From NCBI GenBank assembly GCA_049968255.1, contig JBMFRB010000002.1, positions 413,881 through 477,880 of the forward strand: a DNA stretch of 64,000 nt. The letters run 5' to 3'. This document shows, piece after piece, positions 48,614 through 60,248 of the stretch. Each line of letters starts with the position of its first letter. Positions within the stretch are counted from its first letter, which is position 1. The notes beneath the pieces were generated by a model. The model saw nothing but the letters and a program-made list of their open reading frames with translations, made no database searches and had not been told where the DNA came from. The stretch is from Candidatus Sumerlaeaceae bacterium (GTDB lineage Bacteria; Sumerlaeota; Sumerlaeia; Sumerlaeales; Sumerlaeaceae). The translations under genes were made by a program, and so were the position numbers.

Positions 48614-51037
48614 ATGAAACGATTTCCTTTACTTCGAAATTTTTACTACGTTTTCCTGGCGATGGTGCTGCTCCTCGTGCTCTTGTCAGGAATCGCGGTA
48701 GGAGCTCTGCTTGGCTACCTCGACAGTTTACCGCCGCTTGAGCCTTTGCAAAATTATAATCCCCCGGCAGTCAGCCGAGTTTTTGACCGCACTGGCAACA
48801 CGCAGCTTGCTGAACTTTTTAATGCAGAGCGCCGCGAGTACGTCCCCATTTCTGAGATTCCTGAACATGTCAAACAGGCTCTGATTGCGATCGAAGACGA
48901 GCGTTTCTACCAGCATTTCGGTGTAGATATCCGTGGCGTTGTTCGCGCGCTGAAGGAAAACCTCGTCGGTGGCAAAGTGCAGGGAGCGAGCACGCTGACC
49001 ATGCAAGTTGCGCGCAACATCGTGTTGCAAGATCGTCGGCGCGTCTACTCGCGCAAACTGAAAGAAATCCTCACTGCTTTGCAAATAGAGCGCAATTTTT
49101 CAAAAGATCAAATCCTTGAGTTTTACCTCAACCACATGTTTTTCGGTGAGCGCTCAAACGGCGTGCAGGCTGCAGCACGCACTTACTTCAACAAATCGGT
49201 CAAAGACCTCACAGTGCCGGAAGCAGCATTAATTGCCGGCCTCCTGAAGGCGCCCAGCACATTGTCGCCTATGCGGTATCCCGAGCGCGCCAAGGAGCGT
49301 CGGAACCTTGTTCTGATGAACATGCGTCGGCTTGGCTTCATTGCGAGTGACGACGAGCTACAGCGCTATCTCGACGCGCCGCTCGAACTCAATCCAGCAC
49401 AGAGGACCCGAGAAATAGCTCCTTACTTCGTGGACTACGTACGCTATTGGATGACGCGGGAAAAATCCTCTGCCGATTCGATCGAGCTTAGCCAGAAAGG
49501 CTATACGATCATTGGCACGGTAGATCTGACCCTTCAAAAAATCTGCGAAGAGGAACTAAGCAAGGGACTGCGTGAGGTCGAAAAAGAGATCGAGCGTCAA
49601 AAACCAGCTCGTTTCGACCAAGAAGCGTCGGCGTTGGGCCGCGTGAAGAAAGGCCAAGCACGCTTGGCTCGCATCAAGGAGGTTCGTCCAGATTCCATTA
49701 TCGTGACTCTTCAAGGTTATACCGGCGAGATTCCACTCCCGAAGTCACTCCCCTATTTCGATCCCGCTACGGTGGTAAAACCGGGAAATTTGATAGACAT
49801 CTACATTCAAGATGTGCGCAGGAACAAACTGGAAGCCTATCTCTACGATAAGACGCACGTCCAAGGTGCTGCTGTCTTGCTCGATGTGCACAACGGCGAC
49901 GTGCTGGCGCTCGTTGGCGGTGACGACTTTTTCGACAATGCCAATAATGGTCAATGGAATAGGGCTTATGCAGGAGGACGCCAGCCGGGGTCTTGCTGGA
50001 AACCCTTGCTCTATGCCTCAGCGATGGATCTCAATGATGCATCGGGAAAGCCGCGTTTTACCCCTGGGTACGTCATCCAAGATGAGCCGCTGACGTTCCC
50101 CGATGGCTATGCCCCGAAAAACTACGAAGGACGATTTTACGGTCCCACTTGTTTGCAGGAGGCACTGGTCAAGTCGCGAAATGTGCCGACAATCAAGCTA
50201 TTCATGGAAATAGGGCCGCGCAATGCCGTGCCCCTCTACCACCGTTTTAATATGGTCAATCGTCCATCAAACTGGGTGTTAGATCCGGTTCCCTCAATGC
50301 CTCTTGGCACACCGAATATCACTCCTTTGGAGCTGGCTGCAGCCTACGGTGTTCTCGCCAATGGAGGCGAAGGAGTCCAACCCCATCCCATTCGTCGACG
50401 ATTCAGCGCGAAAGATCCTACAGACTCCGTGATTGACAGACCGGAGCGCGTGCGGGTACTCTCACCGCAGGGCGCCTATGTTACGACGCGGATGATGATG
50501 GATGTGATTCGCCTTGGCACAGCGAAAACCACGGTAGGAAAATGGGTGGAGGAACAACGCGCCAAGGGACGACAAATTCCTGAAATTGCTGGCAAGACTG
50601 GAACGACCAATAATTGCTTTGTTGCCTGGTTTGTTGGTTTTACCCCTGATGTTGTGCTCGCCGTGTATGTCGGTTACGACCAGCACCGCAGCATGGGTCC
50701 TAAGATGGTGGGAGGCAAGACTGTGGGACCGATCTGGGCCGCCATGATGGACCGCATCCTGCAAAGTCGCTCGGACTGGAAAATGCAGTTCGATGTTCCC
50801 CCCGGGATCACGTTTGCCGACATCTGTTCCAAGAGCGGCAAACGCCCCACAGAAGCGTGCTTTGCCAGCGGCGACACAGTCTTCCAACACACTGCCTTTA
50901 AGGCCGGAACGGAGCCCTTGGGGACATGCCAGTACCATTCGGCCGCGGCGCCATCCCAAGAAGCAACAGAGGATCCGGAAGCAAACTACGAACCTGCACC
51001 TGTTCAGCGGTCTTTCTTTGGTTGGCAAAGCCGTTAG
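48614..51037 (+). CDS. Class A penicillin-binding protein (PBP1A)
   Basis: GT51 motifs EDERF..H.GVD, GASTLTMQ and RKLKE; transpeptidase motifs SCWK, SRN and KTG. Confidence 0.93.
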   Translation: MKRFPLLRNFYYVFLAMVLLLVLLSGIAVGALLGYLDSLPPLEPLQNYNPPAVSRVFDRTGNTQLAELFNAERREYVPISEIPEHVKQALIAIEDERFYQHFGVDIRGVVRALKENLVGGKVQGASTLTMQVARNIVLQDRRRVYSRKLKEILTALQIERNFSKDQILEFYLNHMFFGERSNGVQAAARTYFNKSVKDLTVPEAALIAGLLKAPSTLSPMRYPERAKERRNLVLMNMRRLGFIASDDELQRYLDAPLELNPAQRTREIAPYFVDYVRYWMTREKSSADSIELSQKGYTIIGTVDLTLQKICEEELSKGLREVEKEIERQKPARFDQEASALGRVKKGQARLARIKEVRPDSIIVTLQGYTGEIPLPKSLPYFDPATVVKPGNLIDIYIQDVRRNKLEAYLYDKTHVQGAAVLLDVHNGDVLALVGGDDFFDNANNGQWNRAYAGGRQPGSCWKPLLYASAMDLNDASGKPRFTPGYVIQDEPLTFPDGYAPKNYEGRFYGPTCLQEALVKSRNVPTIKLFMEIGPRNAVPLYHRFNMVNRPSNWVLDPVPSMPLGTPNITPLELAAAYGVLANGGEGVQPHPIRRRFSAKDPTDSVIDRPERVRVLSPQGAYVTTRMMMDVIRLGTAKTTVGKWVEEQRAKGRQIPEIAGKTGTTNNCFVAWFVGFTPDVVLAVYVGYDQHRSMGPKMVGGKTVGPIWAAMMDRILQSRSDWKMQFDVPPGITFADICSKSGKRPTEACFASGDTVFQHTAFKAGTEPLGTCQYHSAAAPSQEATEDPEANYEPAPVQRSFFGWQSR

Positions 51038-51153
51038 CTTTTTGCCTAAAACATTCACTCCGGATCACTGCAACTTTTGTTTTGGCTCACCGCGAGGTCC
51101 TTACAACTATACAGCGGCTTCGGTCGGCATGAGTGCCGAAGAACGCATTGCTC

Positions 51154-51786
51154 TTAACTCAAAGTTGTTTCGAGAATAATCTCATATTCAGCACCAGAGG
51201 GCAGGAGGTGGCTACGATAGAGAGTCAGGGACTTAGCAACAAATTTTCCCATGTCGGCGTCGCGGTGCCCCCAGACGACATCGCGCAACCCTGCAAGCCC
51301 TCGCATGGATTTAATTCTTGCAAGCGTGACGTGGGGACGAAAAGGACGCGAATCCGTGGGATAACCTGCCTCCGCTAGCCTGACTGTGAGCGATTCGTGC
51401 ACACGTTGAAGACCGATCAGGTCACCGTGAAGATGCAAAGCAATGACTCTCGGATTCTTAACCGTGGGAAACAAGCTGAGCCCGCCGACGCGGAGCGACA
51501 GTGGCGCCATGCCTTTGCCGGCCGCCCTCATGATGTGTTCAATTTCATTTATTTTGCTAACAGGCGTGCTGCCGAGAAACGCAAGCGTAAGATGAAGCGA
51601 TTCGGCCTTTACCCAAACTGGATGTGCTCCGCTGAACTGAATCCCCGTGCGCAGACTGGTCATCAGTCGGCCACAATTCTTTTTCAAATCTTCGGGGAAA
51701 CGTAGTGCAATAAACAATCGCCACAACGTCGAGTCGTTAGGCGGAGCTTGCCCTAGATTCTGCAAGACCTCTTTTTCGGGCCTCAT
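51154..51786 (-). CDS. thpR: RNA 2',3'-cyclic phosphodiesterase (2H family)
   Basis: RLFIAL, HLTLAFLG, FRPHVTLAR and LYRS.L...GAEY. Confidence 0.9.
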   Translation of the reverse strand: MRPEKEVLQNLGQAPPNDSTLWRLFIALRFPEDLKKNCGRLMTSLRTGIQFSGAHPVWVKAESLHLTLAFLGSTPVSKINEIEHIMRAAGKGMAPLSLRVGGLSLFPTVKNPRVIALHLHGDLIGLQRVHESLTVRLAEAGYPTDSRPFRPHVTLARIKSMRGLAGLRDVVWGHRDADMGKFVAKSLTLYRSHLLPSGAEYEIILETTLS

Positions 51787-51830
51787 GCGGAATTGCAGTC
51801 TACCTCCCTTGCGAGTACCCAGATAAAAAA

Positions 51831-52277
51831 TCAGCGTTTTTCGGTCTGCGACGTAGGAATTCGATCTTCTTCCCGCGTCGTGATTCTCACAGGGAACACC
51901 CGATTGAGCAGGGTAATGTTCAGCATTCTCAGAACCGGCCGTGAAGGGTTCTGCAAAACGAGCGAGCGGCCTTGTTTGGCTAATTCTTTCTTGAGTTCCA
52001 CCAACACCGTGAGGCCGCTGGTGTCAATATACGTGCACTTTTGCAAATCGACGACGACCGGCACATTGGCATGCCTTTCGATATGACTAAGCATGTTTTG
52101 ACGCGCACTCGCACAATTGTCAGCACCAATGGGATCCTGAACGAAAATCACCAGCTCGTTTCCAACCATCTGGGAAAGACAGCGCACTTCCAACGGCAGA
52201 CCTCGCCGGCGGTCTAATTCTGCCGGCTGATCATTTCTCCGTCGCCGATCGGCTCGACTCTGGCGTCGCTGTTCCAT
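51831..52277 (-). CDS. STAS-domain anti-sigma-factor antagonist
   Basis: VVDLQKCTYIDTSGL (phospho-Ser motif) and VLRMLNIT.L..VF; Arg-rich N-extension. Confidence 0.85.
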   Translation of the reverse strand: MEQRRQSRADRRRRNDQPAELDRRRGLPLEVRCLSQMVGNELVIFVQDPIGADNCASARQNMLSHIERHANVPVVVDLQKCTYIDTSGLTVLVELKKELAKQGRSLVLQNPSRPVLRMLNITLLNRVFPVRITTREEDRIPTSQTEKR

Positions 52278-52395
52278 TCAGTATCTCTCGCGCGTCCTAA
52301 AAAGCGAATCTGCATCGGAGCAAATTCCAAAATGAGAATACGTCCCGATGCACAAACTGAGTTCAAGAAAAGAATGGCTCGTGGTGCAGACTCAT

Positions 52396-52423
52396 GGGAA
52401 AGAAAAGAAAAGAAAAGAAAAAA
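52396..52423. repeat. Polypurine (GAAAA)n tract abutting the tRNA-Leu 3' end
   Basis: GGGAAAGAAAAGAAAAGAAAAGAAAAAA read directly from the sequence. Confidence 0.8.
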
Positions 52424-52507
52424 TGCCGGGACGGGGATTTGAACCCCGACGGGATTGCTCCCGCCAGCCCCTCAAGCTGGTGCGTCTGCCAATTCCGCCA
52501 CCCCGGC
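52424..52507 (-). tRNA. tRNA-Leu (GAG), CCA not encoded
   Basis: GCCGGGGTGGCGGAATTGGCAGACGCA-CCAGC-TTGAGGG-GCTGG, long variable arm, then CGGGGTTCAAATCCCCGTCCCGGCA. Confidence 0.96.
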
Positions 52508-52568
52508 ATGATGGCTAAGCTTGGGTTGCCGCGAACTTATACCGAAATGCGTGACGATTATTTGGGGT

Positions 52569-54694
<2,126 letters not shown>

Positions 54695-54800
54695 TCAAAA
54701 GTTTTGTTTGCCATTAGGCTACGAGGGGACAAAGCGCCTACAAGAGGAAAATGTCGATCAGCGAGAAAATTCCATTGTCACGCAGGCGGATAGGGCCAAT

Positions 54801-55883
54801 ATGGCCGACACCATGTTAAAAAACCCCAAAACCCAATTTGTGATTGGGCTAATCATTAGCGTTGTCGCGCTTGTGCTGACACTGCGTCCCGTTCGCCTCG
54901 ACGAGCTGTGGCAAGCCGTGCTCTCCTTTCGGTGGGCATGGAGCGTTCCATTTCTCTTGCTCACCTTTTTGAGCATGTGGTTCCGGGCACTGCGATGGCA
55001 TTATCTCGTGCTCCCCACCCGATCCCTCAGCGCCCAGCGGCTATTCTCGCCGATGATGGCAGGATTCGCAATCAATAGTCTTTTTCCAGCCCGCGCGGGA
55101 GAATTTCTCAGGGCATCCGTACTGAGCATCCGCGAAGGGCTTTCCTTTTCTGGAGTTTTCGCGACGATCGTGCTGGAACGCATTTTTGATAGTATCACTC
55201 TTCTGGTACTGGCGGCAGTGACTTTTTCGATTCTGAAAATTGATCCGAGCCTGGAAGTGCGGTATGGAAGTCTTCCCCCGCTGACTGGAGAAAAGCTTCA
55301 CGCCACCTCGTTACAATTTAGTTATTTTAGCGCAATTTTACTGATGTTGAGTATCGCCATTCTTTGGCGACCTGCGCGGAGAATCGTTGAACAGGCGCTT
55401 CGGATGATTCCTTTCGCGCCGCGCCGGATCCGCGAGCAGTTGGTTGGCATGGTTGAACACTTTGCGTCGGGCATGGCGTCCCTGAAAAACCCACGCTCCG
55501 TGGTGTTGGTCACTCTGTATTCGATCGGTGTGTGGGTAGCCGTGGGGGCTTCGATGCAGGTTCTGGCGCTGGGTTTTCCGGGAATGAAAATGTCGCTCGC
55601 TCAGGGGATCGCGATCACAATCATTACTTGCATCGCGATTCTTATTCCAGCCGCTCCAGGTTATTGGGGACTCATGGAAATCGGCATTGTCTTTGGCATG
55701 TTGGTTCTTAATGTCGAAAAAGATTACAGTCGGGCGCTTGCGTTTGCTTTCGTTTGCCACTCGCTGCAAATATTCCCAATTATCGCGGTTGGACTGGCAT
55801 GCCTGTGGCACGAGGGCTTTTCGTTGCACGAAATTCTCGAACGTTTAAAATCCACGTTCGCGGCAAACGACCATGAATCATGA
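54801..55883 (+). CDS. Lysylphosphatidylglycerol-synthase TM / UPF0104 flippase-like membrane protein
   Basis: RALRW, N..FPARAGE..R, ERIFD and IPAAPG.WG..E. Confidence 0.85.
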   Translation: MADTMLKNPKTQFVIGLIISVVALVLTLRPVRLDELWQAVLSFRWAWSVPFLLLTFLSMWFRALRWHYLVLPTRSLSAQRLFSPMMAGFAINSLFPARAGEFLRASVLSIREGLSFSGVFATIVLERIFDSITLLVLAAVTFSILKIDPSLEVRYGSLPPLTGEKLHATSLQFSYFSAILLMLSIAILWRPARRIVEQALRMIPFAPRRIREQLVGMVEHFASGMASLKNPRSVVLVTLYSIGVWVAVGASMQVLALGFPGMKMSLAQGIAITIITCIAILIPAAPGYWGLMEIGIVFGMLVLNVEKDYSRALAFAFVCHSLQIFPIIAVGLACLWHEGFSLHEILERLKSTFAANDHES

Positions 55884-56769
55884 TACAATGGCGAGACCAA
55901 TGCGCGCTGAAAGCCTGCGCCGAGGGCACGCAATCGCGCTGCTCTTTATCGCGCTGAGCTTTTTCATGGAAAAGGCGACGGAAAAACCACAAGAAACCAC
56001 AAGCGCTGCCGAAGGGGTAAGCATGGAAAATAAAGCGACACCTCTCTGGGACCGCGAAGCAATCATTCGGGGACCTCGAAACAAAAAGTGGATTGCTCTC
56101 GAATTTACTGGCGGTTATTACGCCGACGGCGGAACCACAATCCTCAACGAGCTCAAGAAGCGAGGAATCAAAGCATCATTTTTCTTTATCGGGGATTTCT
56201 ACCGAAATCCCCAGTTCAAACCCCTCATAGAGCGGATCCGCGACGAAGGCCACTATCTCGGGCCACACTCTGACAAACATCCTCTCTACGCAACATGGGA
56301 GCATCCACCGAAGCTCATAATTAGCCGCGCGGAATTTGACCAAGATTTATCTCAGAACATGGAGGAGATAAAGCGGTTTGGTATCCCGAAAGAAAAAGCA
56401 CGCCTTTTTATTCCGCCTTACGAGCATTACACAGAAGAGATTGCCCAATGGACGCGCGAGCGAGGCATGCTGCTCATCAATTTTACGCCAGGAACGCGCT
56501 CAAACGCCGACTACATGGAAGACTCTGACAAGAATTTCGTTAGTGCCCCCGAAATTGTGAAATCTATCTTGCGAAAGGAAGAGACCGATCCCGACGGCCT
56601 CAACGGATTTCTGCTTCTTATGCACGTCGGGGCTGGGCCAGGCCGTACACGCGACCACCTTTACGACTACTTAGGCGAACTCCTCGACGAGCTTGCTCGG
56701 CGCGGCTATCATTTCGTCCGAGTGGATGAGATGCTTGCTGACTATGTGCCCAGCGACCCAATGAAATAG
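55873..56769 (+). CDS. Polysaccharide deacetylase (CE4-like)
   Basis: KASFFFIG, GPHSDKH, FIPPYE and LLMH; motif 1 is atypical (EFTGG). Confidence 0.8.
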   Translation: MNHDTMARPMRAESLRRGHAIALLFIALSFFMEKATEKPQETTSAAEGVSMENKATPLWDREAIIRGPRNKKWIALEFTGGYYADGGTTILNELKKRGIKASFFFIGDFYRNPQFKPLIERIRDEGHYLGPHSDKHPLYATWEHPPKLIISRAEFDQDLSQNMEEIKRFGIPKEKARLFIPPYEHYTEEIAQWTRERGMLLINFTPGTRSNADYMEDSDKNFVSAPEIVKSILRKEETDPDGLNGFLLLMHVGAGPGRTRDHLYDYLGELLDELARRGYHFVRVDEMLADYVPSDPMK

Positions 56770-56780
56770 AGCAAAGTTCT

Positions 56781-56823
56781 CTTCGATGCCTTGCCGTCCT
56801 TCACTTCCGGAGGCACATCGAAG
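56781..56823. terminator. Imperfect hairpin between convergent genes
   Basis: CTTCGATG-CCT...AGG-CA-CATCGAAG inverted repeat with a long loop. Confidence 0.3.
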
Positions 56824-56827
56824 CCGC

Positions 56828-57649
56828 TCATTTGGGTGTTACTGGCGCACTTGTAGGCTCGACTGTTGTCGGCGAAAGAGGTTCTGTTGTTGTCCCACTT
56901 GCCGACGATGTGGTCTGCCCAACTTGTAAGTTCTGCTGGCGGAGCTCCATGAGCTGCTGCAAAAGAGCTTCGATGTCTTCCTCTTTCGGCTGCTCGAAAC
57001 GAAGGAAACCGAACTTGCGATAATTGTGGATTGTCATTCCTGGATCGAACCACACACTCACTTCCTCAGGCTCTCCTGGCCGGGCCGGTCGCGTGCGCAT
57101 AAAATTTCCTCGCCAATGGCTCAGGTCCGTGCGGCCACGAATCGAAGTGTAGGGAATGAGGAATTCGGCCTCCCATCCTCCAGGGGTTACGGAGGCCTTA
57201 CCCATCCACCCTTGCACCGGCCGATCGAATTGCGTGTCCCAAGAGTATTTCACGCCGGCAGCATTCATGGCGAAATGAAAGTAGTTATTCCGCTCGCCCA
57301 CGATTGCAGGACAAATCACGAGCTCGACGCTATCATCTTTCATCACCGGGCCGTTTTCTACAGTCACACTCGTCACAAGCGAGTGAGGAGCTGGGTCGCT
57401 ACAGACGAAGCCGACGTATAAAGCACTGAGGGTAGCACATGCGTAGACTGCGGTCTCGTACTTCGGCCGTTTAAGCGCTCCCAGTAGGGTGAGAGTGGTC
57501 ATCTGGCACCATGAGCGTTCGCGCGGCGTGACGAGGCCATCAATCCGCGGCGTGTTATCAGTTTTGGGCACCCCTAAATATCCTCCCGCGAAAACGACGT
57601 GCGCACAACATAGCATTGCGGCAATCAAGCACCGGCTCATTCGAAACAT
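56828..57649 (-). CDS. Secreted CBM9/DOMON-like sugar-binding protein
   Basis: PRIDG, LYVGF.CSD, DDSVEL, YFHFAMN..G, WEAEF.IPY and WRGNF.R; Thr/Ser/Pro-rich tail. Confidence 0.75.
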   Translation of the reverse strand: MFRMSRCLIAAMLCCAHVVFAGGYLGVPKTDNTPRIDGLVTPRERSWCQMTTLTLLGALKRPKYETAVYACATLSALYVGFVCSDPAPHSLVTSVTVENGPVMKDDSVELVICPAIVGERNNYFHFAMNAAGVKYSWDTQFDRPVQGWMGKASVTPGGWEAEFLIPYTSIRGRTDLSHWRGNFMRTRPARPGEPEEVSVWFDPGMTIHNYRKFGFLRFEQPKEEDIEALLQQLMELRQQNLQVGQTTSSASGTTTEPLSPTTVEPTSAPVTPK

Positions 57650-57774
57650 AAGCAGTTCTCTTCTTCCGATTGTGATTTGGCAAGATGATGGACGAGGGAA
57701 ATGCTGCAATGCAAAAATAATCCACGCATCCCCCTGTACACGCGCCATCTCCTGCCAAGCCCTCGCTTGGCCTG

Positions 57775-58215
57775 TCACGATGAGTGGCGCGCACTCGGTA
57801 ATAGCTTAGAGGCAACGCGCAGAATGCGCCCATTTTTATCGACAAAAGGATGGCGCGTAGCGCCCGTTGCAAGTAATTCACAGTCGGGCAAACGCACAAT
57901 TTCATAAGAGAACGTGATGGACGCTTCCGTCAGACGCGTGATAGAAGTCTCGATGCGAACCAAATCATCGTAACGAGCGCTCCGCTTGTATTCGACCGTG
58001 CATTGCGCAACGGGGAGAAAGACGCCGTGGACATCTTCCCAGTCTTTGTACGATTGCCCGAGGGAGCGAAGTAATTCCACCCGTCCGATCTCAAACCACA
58101 CAAGGTAGTTCGCGTAATAGACGGCTCCCATTCTGTCTGTATCGCGGTAGGTCACGCGAACAACGGGGGCTTGCTCGCCAACGAGTTTCCAGAGTGGCCT
58201 TGGCTCAGAGTTCAT
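57775..58215 (-). CDS. YbgC/FadM-family acyl-CoA thioesterase
   Basis: VTYRDTDRMGAVYYANYLVWFEIGR and YKRSARYDD. Confidence 0.9.
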   Translation of the reverse strand: MNSEPRPLWKLVGEQAPVVRVTYRDTDRMGAVYYANYLVWFEIGRVELLRSLGQSYKDWEDVHGVFLPVAQCTVEYKRSARYDDLVRIETSITRLTEASITFSYEIVRLPDCELLATGATRHPFVDKNGRILRVASKLLPSARHSS

Positions 58216-58338
58216 AAGCTTGAGAAAAGGAAGCGCGCAAATTGGTGTCGAGCGATTTTTACCAAAGCCATATCCCAGGTAATCGCGGGTTTGGAAACAC
58301 TTGCGTTCTTAGTGGGCGCGGCATTATTTGCCGATGCG

Positions 58339-59421
58339 ATGGAATTCAGACTGGATCACTTTTATCGAATCAACCGTCGTGCTCTGATCTGGGCGACAAT
58401 TCTCTTTTTGATTTATATCATGCGCGATTTTTTCGCGCTCGTTTTCTTGACGTTTTTGTTAGTGAGTTTCACGCTGCCGGTGATTGATTACTTTCAGAGG
58501 CACACGCACCTACCGCGCACATTGATCATCGTCGCGCTTTATCTGCTCATTCTCATCGGCCTAAGCGGGTGGGTGTACTACGTGGTCCCACGGGTCATCA
58601 AAGAAGCCACAACTGTTGCTGGAGAGCTAGAAAACATTCAGCAATCCATTCTTGGCATGCGCGACAAGCTCTCACAACAGTATCCCGGTTTAGCGCCGCT
58701 TTTCGACCGATTAGAAAAGCAAGATCTCGAACGAATGCTGGCTCAACTGAGTGGCGAGGTGCGGCCCATTCTTCAAACGTCGGCAAAGCTAGCTTTTGCG
58801 GCAGTGAGTACGATTCTCTTGTCGCTGCTTTTTAGCTTTCTTATTGTGCTCGATCTGACTCGGCTGACGCGTGAGCTGAAACGTCTGGAGCGTAGCCGGC
58901 TCCATGATTTTTATCACGAGAGCGCCGAACCCGTTGTGCGGTTTGCAAGCGTGCTTGCACGCTCATTTCGGGCTCAGGCGATGATCGCCGTGGTCAACAC
59001 TGTGCTGACGCTTATCGGCTTTTGGATTCTTGGGCTCAAAAATGCGCTTTTGCTCGTAACTATTGTTTTCTTTTTTAGCTTCATCCCTGTTCTGGGGGTT
59101 TTTATTTCCACTACACCGGCTGTGCTTGTTGCCCTCAATCAGCAAGGACTCAAGCTTGCCATCCTGGTGGTGGTTCTCGTCACAGTCATTCATCTCATCG
59201 AAGCTTATGTTTTGAACCCAATGATTTATGGCCACCACCTCAAGCTGAACCCCGTTCTCGTCCTCATCATCCTCTTTGTCGGTCACCATTTCTTTGGGTT
59301 GTGGGGCATGCTGCTTGGAGTTCCTGTCTCGTACTATTTCCTCCATTACGTATTTGGCGTGCCAATCGAATTAGCCGAGACAGACGCTCAAGATCAAATC
59401 GGTTCGTCAGCTGGGTCTTAA
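58339..59421 (+). CDS. AI-2E (PerM) family transporter
   Basis: RAQAMIA..N, SFIPVLG, IE.YVLNP.IYG..LKLNP and GLWGMLLGVP. Confidence 0.88.
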   Translation: MEFRLDHFYRINRRALIWATILFLIYIMRDFFALVFLTFLLVSFTLPVIDYFQRHTHLPRTLIIVALYLLILIGLSGWVYYVVPRVIKEATTVAGELENIQQSILGMRDKLSQQYPGLAPLFDRLEKQDLERMLAQLSGEVRPILQTSAKLAFAAVSTILLSLLFSFLIVLDLTRLTRELKRLERSRLHDFYHESAEPVVRFASVLARSFRAQAMIAVVNTVLTLIGFWILGLKNALLLVTIVFFFSFIPVLGVFISTTPAVLVALNQQGLKLAILVVVLVTVIHLIEAYVLNPMIYGHHLKLNPVLVLIILFVGHHFFGLWGMLLGVPVSYYFLHYVFGVPIELAETDAQDQIGSSAGS

Positions 59422-59496
59422 TGGAAAAAGATACTTTCTTTGGCTCACGGGATCTTCGGACTGTTGCAACGCTCCGTGTTTTCCCAGGGTAGATCA

Positions 59497-60234
59497 TCAA
59501 TCATCATTGGGCTGCGGCAACTGCTCATGGCGGCGGTGATAAGCCTGCGCCAGCGCAGCCATATCCGCTTCGAAAAGTGATCGGTGCTGTGGCTGATGTA
59601 ACACGGCTGCGGGATGCAAGCTCACGAAAAGAGGAATGCCGTGATACTGCCTCCAGGTGCCACGAATTTTCATAATTGCAATGGGGCGGCGCAAAAGCGT
59701 CATCACTGCAAAACGCCCCAACCCACATAGCATTTTGGGTCGTAGGAGATCAAGCTGTTCGAGCAGGTACGGCTCGCACGCCGAAATCTCCTCAGGCAAT
59801 GGGTCGCGGTTGTTGGGAGGACGGCACTTCAAGATATTGCAGATGTAGACCTCATCGCGGGAGATTCCGTGTTTTTTTAGCTCGTGCGTGAGCAGCTCTC
59901 CTGCAGATCCAACGAATGGAATACCGGTTTCATCTTCGCGGGCACCAGGGGCCTCTCCAATAAAGACCAAATCGGCGTAAGGGTTTCCCACCCCGAAAAC
60001 CGGATTTTTGCGTTGGCTGGCTAGGGAGCATTTTCGGCAGCTCGCTACCTGATGCGAGAGCCAGCGCAAACGCTCGAGCCTTTCGTCGATGTGCGTTAGT
60101 GCCAAAGACACAGAGTCAGAATTCCCAACATCATCTGTGCGCGGCACATCATCTGGGGCCAACCATACCATGAAGCCGAGTTCTTGGAGAAACTCAAGGC
60201 GTCGGCGTATATTTGTCAGCAAGTTATCAATCAT
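59497..60234 (-). CDS. Uracil-DNA glycosylase family 4 (Fe-S)
   Basis: CRKC, GEAPGAREDETG.PFVGSAG, NILKCRPPNNRDP and HPAA. Confidence 0.93.
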   Translation of the reverse strand: MIDNLLTNIRRRLEFLQELGFMVWLAPDDVPRTDDVGNSDSVSLALTHIDERLERLRWLSHQVASCRKCSLASQRKNPVFGVGNPYADLVFIGEAPGAREDETGIPFVGSAGELLTHELKKHGISRDEVYICNILKCRPPNNRDPLPEEISACEPYLLEQLDLLRPKMLCGLGRFAVMTLLRRPIAIMKIRGTWRQYHGIPLFVSLHPAAVLHQPQHRSLFEADMAALAQAYHRRHEQLPQPNDD

Positions 60235-60248
60235 TTCAGCGACTTGTT

